A DNA stretch of 32,000 nucleotides from Ignicoccus pacificus DSM 13166 (GTDB taxonomy: Archaea > Thermoproteota > Thermoprotei_A > Sulfolobales > Ignicoccaceae). Within the stretch, counting starts at the first letter, position 1. Each line of letters begins with the position of its first letter. Positions 25,098 to 32,000 of this stretch are shown here, in pieces. Location of the stretch: NCBI GenBank assembly GCA_025340205.1, contig CP006868.1, positions 1,050,001-1,082,000 of the forward strand, in the 5' to 3' direction. Position numbers and translations under genes: made by a program. The notes beneath the pieces are model-generated. The model was not told the origin of the DNA. It did no database searches and was given only the letters and a program-made list of their open reading frames with translations.

Positions 25098-26450
25098 TTA
25101 GGGTTTAATGAATTTGAAAACGTAAACAATACCATTCCTTAACCCAACAGCTATCCTATCCCTCCACCAACTGACTGAGATAACCCAATCCTCAAACAAT
25201 CTCTCCAGCACTTGCTTTCCAGCTTGAATATTAAATATATGGATCTTTTTATCTTCAACATTAGTACTTATCAAGTACCTACGATCCGGAGAGAACGCCA
25301 CGTTTCGAGCTCCTCCACAACCTACTCCGTTGCATCGGGTTGCCATCCCGCCAAAGCCCCAAAGCAGCCTTGGATTCGTTGGATCGCTTATGTCGTAAAG
25401 GATAACGTGGTGGGCAGTTCCGAGAGCTAAGTACTTCCCACAGACTTGAGCGTCCCAAACGTTTTCATTGAACAATATGCTCTTAACTTCGCTTCCATTC
25501 GAGAGCTTGAGAATGGTTAGGGCCCCTTCACCCCAATGAAACCAACCGTACCTTGGAACGTAAACGTATTCCTTGTAAACTGCCGGACCATTACCAAGGT
25601 AATTCGTGATGTAATTCATACTCATGTCCCACTTCTTGCTTCCGTCGAATTTGAAGTAAGCGAGATTGTAATCACCAGCTAAAAATCCGTCCTTGAGCAT
25701 TGTGATTGCATGATCATAACCATCTCCGACGTAAATCCTCCCCCAAGTCCCGTTGATGAGGTCATAGATGTAAGCATTACCATTCCAATTAATAAATCCG
25801 AACTTGTCGCAGCAGTAGGAGACGTCGCTCATTGCACCGATTTCACAGTACTTACTCACCAAGTTACCGTTTTGATCCAAGATGTAGGCACAGGAACCCG
25901 CGGCAACTCCCAAGTGGCCGTCCTCTGAGAAGGCTAGTTCGTTGACACTATTTCCAGTCTTGTAGGTCCAAAAAAGGCAAAGCGCAAGTCTTTGAAGACT
26001 CTGAACGGTTTTTACACCTTCGCCTTCTCTCATTCTTACTCTTCTGAGTACATCACAAGCATTCGAACCATCAAACAAGTAGAATGAATTTCCCCCAAGG
26101 TAATTCTCATTGGGTATGGATAATCGCGCTTTCTTTCCTCTTTCTTCAACAATCATATTTGAAAAGGGTTTAGGTAGAACTACAGTCTCCTCTTCACTTT
26201 CAAGATACATTACTTTCATGGAATGATTTAGGAGTTCGGAAGGAATGAAGCGGTCATTAGAACCCTTGACGAATTGTGATAAGCTCGATAAAATTTGGGA
26301 AACCTTACTCACTAAACGTTTTAGTGCCCTAAGCTTGTATTTATAACGATCAACGTCGCCAACTTTGATATTGTTGAGGGGAGGGTTGTGATAATGAACC
26401 TTGTACTTACAACAAACAGTATCTTCCTCGCACCAGCACTCCAGCCCCAA
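25098..26450 (-). CDS. Cys-containing beta-propeller-like protein with an unusual ~160 aa N-terminal extension (paralog P4)
   Basis: WTYKTGNSVNELAFSEDGHLGVAAGSCAYILDQNGNLVSKYCEIGAMSDVSYCCDKFGFINWNG aligns almost residue-for-residue with P2, as do CGKYLALGT, VAFSPDRRYLIS and IAVGLRNGIVYVF. The start is uncertain: TTG 26450 or internal ATGs. Confidence 0.7.
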   Translation of the reverse strand: MGLECWCEEDTVCCKYKVHYHNPPLNNIKVGDVDRYKYKLRALKRLVSKVSQILSSLSQFVKGSNDRFIPSELLNHSMKVMYLESEEETVVLPKPFSNMIVEERGKKARLSIPNENYLGGNSFYLFDGSNACDVLRRVRMREGEGVKTVQSLQRLALCLFWTYKTGNSVNELAFSEDGHLGVAAGSCAYILDQNGNLVSKYCEIGAMSDVSYCCDKFGFINWNGNAYIYDLINGTWGRIYVGDGYDHAITMLKDGFLAGDYNLAYFKFDGSKKWDMSMNYITNYLGNGPAVYKEYVYVPRYGWFHWGEGALTILKLSNGSEVKSILFNENVWDAQVCGKYLALGTAHHVILYDISDPTNPRLLWGFGGMATRCNGVGCGGARNVAFSPDRRYLISTNVEDKKIHIFNIQAGKQVLERLFEDWVISVSWWRDRIAVGLRNGIVYVFKFIKP

Positions 26451-26616
26451 AGGCCGAAACCCCCTTCTCTGCTTCTCACTATCCTGTGTCCTTCTATATA
26501 AAGGATCTTATGAACTGCAAGTAAGGTGATCTAATAGAGGATTCTCAACCAGGAAGCATTAACCTCGCTCAAAACACTTGAACTCCTTCCACAACTCCTC
26601 AAGGGGGTAGTTCGAC

Positions 26617-27210
26617 TTGAAGGTAGGTGTCCTAGCACTTCAAGGAGGCGTCGTAGAGCACGTTCACATGTTGAAGGAAGCTGCCAAGAAGTTAGGAATA
26701 GACGTAGAAGTAGTGGAGGTCAGGAAGAAGGAGCACTTGGACGGCCTTAGGGCGATAGTCCTCCCCGGAGGGGAGAGCACCGCTATGTACAGGTTAGGCA
26801 AGAGGCTAGGAATAGCTGAGCCCCTCAAGGACTTGCTCCTCGAGGGAGTTCCGGCTCTGGGCACTTGTGCCGGAGCAGCCCTAGTGGCCAAGAAGGTCAT
26901 AGACGCTCAGAGTAACAAGGAGTACACCCCTCTCTTGGGAGTGATGGACGTCGAGGTGATAAGGAACTACTTCGGGAGGCAGAGGGAGAGCTTTGAGGCC
27001 GACTTGGAGATAAGCGGAATAGGCGAGTTCAGGGGAATCTTCATAAGAGCTCCTGCCATAAGGCCCCTGAGCAACTCCGTAGAGATCCTAGCAACATTCA
27101 AGGGAGTTGGAGTTATGGCGAAGCAAGGGAGCTTGATGATAACTTCCTTCCATCCTGAGCTCACCTCAAACACCAAGATACATGAGAAGCTCCTCCAGAT
27201 GGCCCTTTAA
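26617..27210 (+). CDS. pdxT: pyridoxal 5'-phosphate synthase glutaminase subunit
   Basis: MKVGVLALQGG..EH, LPGGESTAM, GTCAG (catalytic Cys) and SFHPELT, with a ~197 aa length. TTG start. Confidence 0.88.
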   Translation: MKVGVLALQGGVVEHVHMLKEAAKKLGIDVEVVEVRKKEHLDGLRAIVLPGGESTAMYRLGKRLGIAEPLKDLLLEGVPALGTCAGAALVAKKVIDAQSNKEYTPLLGVMDVEVIRNYFGRQRESFEADLEISGIGEFRGIFIRAPAIRPLSNSVEILATFKGVGVMAKQGSLMITSFHPELTSNTKIHEKLLQMAL

Positions 27211-27859
27211 TACATTAAAGAAGGTTGTGACCAGACTTGGGGGTGCGAAGTTTTTGGACGAGCTCTTGGAGCTCGACGAAGCTTACTCGATAGCTGAAAG
27301 GCTTTACCAAGAGTTGGATGATATCCCGGAGCTGGCCCTCCTCTTGGTCCACTTGAGGAGAGTGGCCCTCAATCATAAGAGGCTGGTCTTCGAGACCTCG
27401 GAAGCGGCCTTCCTCGCCGGGGGCACCAGGGTTCCTACCATAAAGAAGAGCATAATATTCTATTTAAAGGAACTTCTCAACGACGTCAAGATGGCGTACA
27501 AAAGAGTAGTCAATACCATGAATGAGTTCGAGGAATCGACTAGGATAGTCTCCAAGGTGTTGGAGGACTTGAGGATAGAGTTCGAGAGGAGGTGCTCGAG
27601 AGGGGACAAGAGCTATTGTGAGGCGAAGAGGGAGCTCATAAGGCTCATCGAGATATGGGCGAGTTGGATAAGCAAGAGGATGGACAGCATGAAGGAGAAG
27701 GTGAAAGAGTTGGAGAGGATGATAGACGAGGGATCGCTGAAGGAGATAGAGGAGGCGCTGGATGCCTTGGAAGAAGAGAGGACTACCAAGAAAGGCTTCA
27801 TAGGAAGGCTGAAGGATTTCTTATCTAGGAAGCCACCAGAGGAAGGGGAAGGCGAGTAG
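27182..27859 (+). CDS. hypothetical alpha-helical / coiled-coil protein
   Basis: 225 codons, E/K/L/R-rich. ATG 27182 overlaps the pdxT end by 29 nt; GTG 27227 is an alternative start. The 3' end overlaps the convergent signal peptidase gene by 39 nt. Confidence 0.5.
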   Translation: MRSSSRWPFNTLKKVVTRLGGAKFLDELLELDEAYSIAERLYQELDDIPELALLLVHLRRVALNHKRLVFETSEAAFLAGGTRVPTIKKSIIFYLKELLNDVKMAYKRVVNTMNEFEESTRIVSKVLEDLRIEFERRCSRGDKSYCEAKRELIRLIEIWASWISKRMDSMKEKVKELERMIDEGSLKEIEEALDALEEERTTKKGFIGRLKDFLSRKPPEEGEGE

Positions 27860-28312
27860 CGCCACGTATCCCAAGTAGGGTATCTTGATCACGTACCCTC
27901 CTACCGTTACCACCTTCCCCGCGACCCTCCACTGGGGCACTCCGGGCAAGGGCTGCCCGGTCTTGCAGTTCACGAACTGACCGAGCCAGTAGTCCGTGCC
28001 CGGGTTGTCGTCCCCCTTAGTCACGAAGTAATAGGTTCCATTAACGTACTTGATAGCGATTACCCTGTGAATGATAAAAGGTCCTTGACAAGAGTGGTAA
28101 ACGATGATGTCTCCCACGTGAACGTCCTTGGGAGACGTCCCCATAACGAACACTAAATCTCCCCTCTCCAGGGTCGGGAGCATCGATCCGGAGGCGACTG
28201 CGGCTATGGGTATCTCGGTTCTTAAGGCGAATTTCAAGACCGTCAGAATTATTATTGCCTCAACTATGGCCTTTATCCATTCCCACGCCTCCTTCTTCGC
28301 CTTGTCGCTCAC
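27821..28312 (-). CDS. signal peptidase I, archaeal/eukaryal Sec11 (S26B) type
   Basis: An N-terminal TM helix, then VASGSMLPTLERGDLVFV (catalytic Ser), FIIHRVI (catalytic His) and TKGDDN. Confidence 0.85.
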   Translation of the reverse strand: MSDKAKKEAWEWIKAIVEAIIILTVLKFALRTEIPIAAVASGSMLPTLERGDLVFVMGTSPKDVHVGDIIVYHSCQGPFIIHRVIAIKYVNGTYYFVTKGDDNPGTDYWLGQFVNCKTGQPLPGVPQWRVAGKVVTVGGYVIKIPYLGYVALLAFPFLWWLPR

Positions 28313-29265
28313 GGTATCTTCACCGGAGCTGAGAGCGCGAAGGCAATCAAAAGGACCACTAGGGCTACGGGGGAGGGCCCCTCGGTGGGATCCCTTACGA
28401 AGGGAGTGGGGAGGAAGTAGAGGGAGAGGAGGACGGCCGTTAAGGCATATCCTAAGGTCAGCACACCTAGCAAGCTGTCATAGCTGAAGACTACTAGCCA
28501 GAGGGCCACCGGAAGCCACCAGAGCCTCTTCCTAATCCCCAAGGCTCCCCATGAGGGGGAGAAGGTGTAGAAGGAGCACTGGAAGAAGGCTGAAAGCATG
28601 TACGCTAAGGCTCCCAAGGTTAGCGGGTTAGCAGCTCCTTGCAGCAAGGAGAAGCCTTCTGGAATGAGCTTCATCGTATTGCCGGAAGGCCTCGTTATAA
28701 CCACTTGGAAGGCGCTTTGGGACCAGTAGGCTAAGGCTATTGCAGATAGAACTCCGATGAGGAGGGGGATGGAGTAAGCGTAGGAGTGCTCCTTCATGCT
28801 CTTGAAAGCTCTAGTAGGGACGAAGGAAGGCAATATTCCGGGAAGTATGGATGGAGCGGGGAACAAGTAGAGATCGAAGAACACGCCCAAGCTCATACCT
28901 ATGACTAGTGCTGAGATCGCTTGGATCGCTAGGGGTATCAAGGATCCCGCTAGGAACATGTAGAGGGCCTGGAGGACCGTGTAATTAGTTCCCTTGCTGA
29001 AGCTGTAAGCAAAAGAATAAGCCATTATTCCAAAAAGGAAGAGGGTTAGAACGGCTGTTTCAAGGCTGAAGGAGGGGAGCTCACTTAGCGGCCTTAGCTC
29101 TATGAAGGCCCCCCTCTTCTCCCCTACAAGAGGTCCACAGGCCTTCTCGCACTTCTCAGTCTTGTCCCTGGTAACTATCAGGCTTTCCTCTCCGTACGCC
29201 AGGGGCTCACATGAGCTGAGGCACGTCTCCGAAAACCTCTTTCTCTGCTCTGAGGAGCCACTCAA
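28309..29265 (-). CDS. polytopic membrane protein with a possible N-terminal Cys4 motif
   Basis: About seven hydrophobic segments. If the TTG at 29265 is used, the N-terminus carries C-x3-C (CLSSC) and C-x3-C (CEKAC) and overlaps the rpoK 3' end by 59 nt. The first in-frame ATG is near 29023. The stop overlaps the signal peptidase start by 4 nt. Confidence 0.55.
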   Translation of the reverse strand: MSGSSEQRKRFSETCLSSCEPLAYGEESLIVTRDKTEKCEKACGPLVGEKRGAFIELRPLSELPSFSLETAVLTLFLFGIMAYSFAYSFSKGTNYTVLQALYMFLAGSLIPLAIQAISALVIGMSLGVFFDLYLFPAPSILPGILPSFVPTRAFKSMKEHSYAYSIPLLIGVLSAIALAYWSQSAFQVVITRPSGNTMKLIPEGFSLLQGAANPLTLGALAYMLSAFFQCSFYTFSPSWGALGIRKRLWWLPVALWLVVFSYDSLLGVLTLGYALTAVLLSLYFLPTPFVRDPTEGPSPVALVVLLIAFALSAPVKIP

Positions 29266-29506
29266 GGGGGATCAACTGTTCCTTACCGCCGGCGGTTCTT
29301 CTTCTAATCGTTATCGGGAGAGCTCCGGCCTCTAGCTCTTTGGTGGCTATCTCTATTGGGTCCTTCTTTGGGAGCTTGCTGACGTCGATGAGAGGAGGGG
29401 CCCCTATCGAGAGCTGGAGTGCTCTCACCCCTATTATTACAGCTCTCTCGAACTTAGTGACCTTAGGAGGTCCCAACCTTATCAGCTTGTGATATTCTCC
29501 CTCCAA
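29207..29506 (-). CDS. rpoK: DNA-directed RNA polymerase subunit K (Rpo6)
   Basis: [27 protein letters not shown]...[22 protein letters not shown] is the conserved Rpo6/RpoK core. TTG start at 29506. Confidence 0.85.
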   Translation of the reverse strand: MEGEYHKLIRLGPPKVTKFERAVIIGVRALQLSIGAPPLIDVSKLPKKDPIEIATKELEAGALPITIRRRTAGGKEQLIPLEWLLRAEKEVFGDVPQLM

Positions 29507-30357
29507 GTCCTAGGTCCCCATCTGGGGGAGCGAGGGGAAAATAAATAGCTAAGGAGAGGCAGCTTAAATCATTAAAGCGAGGGGATGCGGAACAATTCAA
29601 GCGACGAGTTGGTTATATTATATATTGACAAGGTTTTTGATATTTTAAAAGATGATCCTTTGACACGGGCGTATGTATCAAGCAATATGGTTAAAATGGA
29701 AGTTTGAGAGAATTAGAGACTTTCTGTCCTAATCTTTCTTACTTGTTTGATTACATTTGCTTAGCAAGCGTTGAGATACTTCTTCAGCTTCCCTTGAAAG
29801 TTTCTGTCCAATTAGGTGAACGTATTAGTCCCATTCCTCTTGTCATTCCCTATTGAGACTTCTTCTGATGTCCATCCAAGATATCATTTTTCAATACTAT
29901 TCTAACATCGCTTTCTCCCTTCGATTTGTCTAAAACCTTCGATTTTGAAGGACTACATAGAGAAATACTTTCCTCTTCTAAGTCAACCGCTTCCATAGAT
30001 TCCTATCGCTCCTTTCTTCCTTCTTCATTTCCTATTTTCCATGGGAACATATCAGAACATTTATGGTCTCCTTTCTTCCCTTTACCTTGAGCGCTATTCG
30101 CCTTTGAATATGAATTCTTCAATTAGCTTAATGATCAAGCAATTCTTTCCACTATCACATACATGAGAACGCCGATGATAATGAACTCTTTTGTTTGACT
30201 ATTAGTTTCAGTTAGGTAATTCTAATTGATGAAAGTAGAGCAAAACTGTTCTCATGAAAGCTTAAGTATTCAGAGTTAATAAAGGCCTCTCAATAGGGCA
30301 ATGGGAAAGGAATGGCTTATTAGCTAATGGAAGGATTGGTTAAATAGGAGAGTCACG
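29507..30357 (+). promoter_or_regulatory. AT-rich ORF-free region; its repeat-proximal part is the putative CRISPR leader
   Basis: There is no ORF of at least 60 aa on either strand, and the region is visibly AT-rich relative to the flanking genes. It abuts the first perfect repeat, while the degenerate repeat is at the opposite end of the array. Confidence 0.5.
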
Positions 30358-31333
30358 GAAGAGTTACAATAGTGAATAGAAAGGGGGGCTATCCCCATCG
30401 GCTTCAAGGATCGTATTCGTTCGGGGAAGAGTTACAATAGTGAATAGAAAGTTCGGTGGTAGCTATGTGTATGTTCTGCGAGTTACCCGATGGGAAGAGT
30501 TACAATAGTGAATAGAAAGCTAGGTAGGAGTCCCCCAAGTCGGTCTTGTCATGGTTGGTGGAAGAGTTACAATAGTGAATAGAAAGTCAGGAATGCTTAG
30601 TGCGGCAGTCATCGGTTCGTCGGTGGCGTGAAGAGTTACAATAGTGAATAGAAAGTCCAAAGCCAATGGTGGTAGTCGGTACGCATGATACTTTATGAAG
30701 AGTTACAATAGTGAATAGAAAGCCCTTTTCCCAGGTAGCGTGTAGTCAGAGGTCACTCCAAGGGAAGAGTTACAATAGTGAATAGAAAGAGATACAACAA
30801 GAGGCGGAAGCCCCTCTACGAATACCTTGTCCCCGAAGAGTTACAATAGTGAATAGAAAGTCACCGGGATAATCATGAAGATTGAGTTCCCTTCCGAGGA
30901 AGAGTTACAATAGTGAATAGAAAGTGGGGCATAAAATGAGATGGGAAGGACACAGAGCATTTACTGAAGAGTTACAATAGTGAATAGAAAGTACCAAAGC
31001 TTCAACACGTTCTCAGCCGGCATCAAAGAGAAGAGTTACGAAGAGTTACAATAGTGAATAGAAAGCCGATCCGGGAGGCTCCTGGCCATCGAGGTCAAGT
31101 CCAGAAGAGTTACAATAGTGAATAGAAAGTTGCCCGGCCCCATCGTTTCGTTGGCATTTACTTTCCTTCCAGAAGAGTTACAATAGTGAATAGAAAGCTG
31201 CTTCTGCCTCTATGCCATCGATCAAGTCAACCTTCATGGAAGAGTTACAATAGTGAATAGAAAGGCTATCGTTGTTCCCGTTAGAATATACCAAGGGTAT
31301 GTTGTATGAGAAGTTACAGTATTAAACAGAAAA
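30358..31333 (+). CRISPR. CRISPR array: 14 identical 26-nt repeats GAAGAGTTACAATAGTGAATAGAAAG plus one degenerate terminal repeat, with 14 spacers
   Basis: Repeat starts, counted by hand: 30358, 30426, 30494, 30561, 30630, 30697, 30764, 30835, 30899, 30966, 31040, 31104, 31172, 31239. The degenerate copy GAGAAGTTACAGTATTAAACAGAAAA at 31308 matches 19 of 26 positions. Spacers are 38-45 nt; one apparent 48-nt spacer is 38 nt plus a 10-nt partial repeat. Plus-strand orientation is inferred from the GAAAG 3' end and the position of the degenerate repeat. Confidence 0.97.
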
Positions 31334-31560
31334 TCATTCGTTATTGAAGTTATGATCACCTTAAGACAATAAGTAGAAGGAATTACATTTGTCAGTATAA
31401 CGATATCAAGGAATACAAATGTACGTGCAACTCTATTATTACAAGCAATAAGAACTAAGCATCTAATAGGGACTAAACTCGAACCTCTCCATCTATACTC
31501 ACATGGAAAGCAGTATCGATATTAATACCTTCCTGGTGGGTCAACACACGGGACCACGTT

Positions 31561-32000
31561 ATGTCCAAAACCGAGGCTTCCTTGAAGGTCCTCCCCCTTC
31601 TGTTTCTCATTGTCGCTCCCGCCTTCGCCTCCGTCCTCCACGCCTCCTACGCTCAGCATTGTAACAAACCAATAACCTTGACGATAATATCAAGGCATCC
31701 AACCGACGTTCTGGAAAAGGCAAGGGACATGTTCCTGAAGACTCAATATGCTAAGGAATACTGCATAAAGGACGTACGCTTCATCCAACTCCCTCCAGGA
31801 TGGTGGATTGATTACATCAAGGCTCACCCTGTCGACATAGCGTGGGGAGGAGGACCTACCCAGTACGACCTCCTCTTTAAGTTCCACTTACTCAGACCCC
31901 TCCAGACCAAGATGGCCCTTGACGCCGCCGCTCAGATTCCCGATACCTTAGCCGGAGCTCCAATGAAGAGAATAGTTAACGGAAAGATATACTGGGTCGC
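31561..32000 (+). CDS. ABC-transporter extracellular solute-binding protein (family 1, iron/thiamine-type), N-terminal part; runs off the right edge
   Basis: ATG 31561. Signal or lipobox-like MSKTEASLKVLPLLFLIVAPAFASVLHA, then ITLTIISRHPTDVLEKARDMF...DIAWGGGPTQYDLL, typical of periplasmic binding protein N-lobes. The frame is open to the end of the window. Confidence 0.6.
   Translation, partial: MSKTEASLKVLPLLFLIVAPAFASVLHASYAQHCNKPITLTIISRHPTDVLEKARDMFLKTQYAKEYCIKDVRFIQLPPGWWIDYIKAHPVDIAWGGGPTQYDLLFKFHLLRPLQTKMALDAAAQIPDTLAGAPMKRIVNGKIYWV

Noticed and set aside
515-29506. Apparent excess of TTG/GTG start codons (P1, P4, pdxT, rpoK, aKMT-like, cupin, Mth938-like, ORFs at 515 and 18125)
   Set aside because: The ORF track extends to the longest possible alternative start, so many of these may be artefacts with true internal starts. 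Without N-terminal or transcript data this is not evidence of unusual initiation.
29850-29996. 48-codon minus-strand ORF (MEAVDLEEESISLCSPSKSKVLDKSKGESDVRIVLKNDILDGHQKKSQ) in the leader region
   Set aside because: It is short, has no recognisable motif or RBS, and lies in an AT-rich region where such ORFs arise by chance. It is mentioned only as a possible eroded gene remnant.
30384-31307. Self-targeting spacers (a spacer matching elsewhere in this window)
   Set aside because: Visual comparison of the 14 spacers with the rest of the window found no obvious match. This is not a rigorous search and needs BLASTN.
31690-31887. 65-aa minus-strand ORF
   Set aside because: It is antisense to the edge-truncated solute-binding protein gene (31561 onwards), which has a signal peptide and family motifs.

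Overview
The window looks like an archaeal chromosomal segment, most likely from a crenarchaeal hyperthermophile. Supporting markers are Topo VI subunit A, RNA polymerase subunit K/Rpo6, a Sec11-type signal peptidase, split GMP synthase subunit A, a geranylgeranyl reductase-family flavoprotein, an aKMT-like small lysine methyltransferase, and a CRISPR repeat ending in ATAGAAAG. It is gene-dense, with many short convergent overlaps. Recognisable housekeeping genes are hcp, a GGR-family reductase, top6A, guaAA, a macro-domain protein, tRNA-Gln(UUG), ppsA, an MFS transporter, pdxT, signal peptidase and rpoK. Five things stand out. (1) A 14(+1 degenerate)-repeat CRISPR array at 30358-31333 follows an ~850 bp AT-rich, ORF-free upstream region and has no cas genes anywhere in the window. 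(2) A CARF-type (Cas_APE2256-like) gene at 3560-4331 is split by a single +1 frame change inside a CCCCAAATTT run. It is divergently paired with a eukaryotic-like protein kinase gene. (3) Four paralogous exported proteins, apparently beta-propellers, share SYCC and S-x-(D/E)-C-(K/R)-Y-L motifs (8226-10307, 10349-11485, 15990-16916, 25098-26450). One of them is flanked by extreme Thr-rich low-complexity segments. (4) Around 12.8-16.9 kb sit a Thr/Val-rich anchored surface protein, an AbrB-like mini-protein, an ABC/SMC-like ATPase and a DUF131-like two-TM protein. (5) There is an eroded fragment of a DUF655-like gene. All family assignments come from motif recognition by eye; no database search was run.
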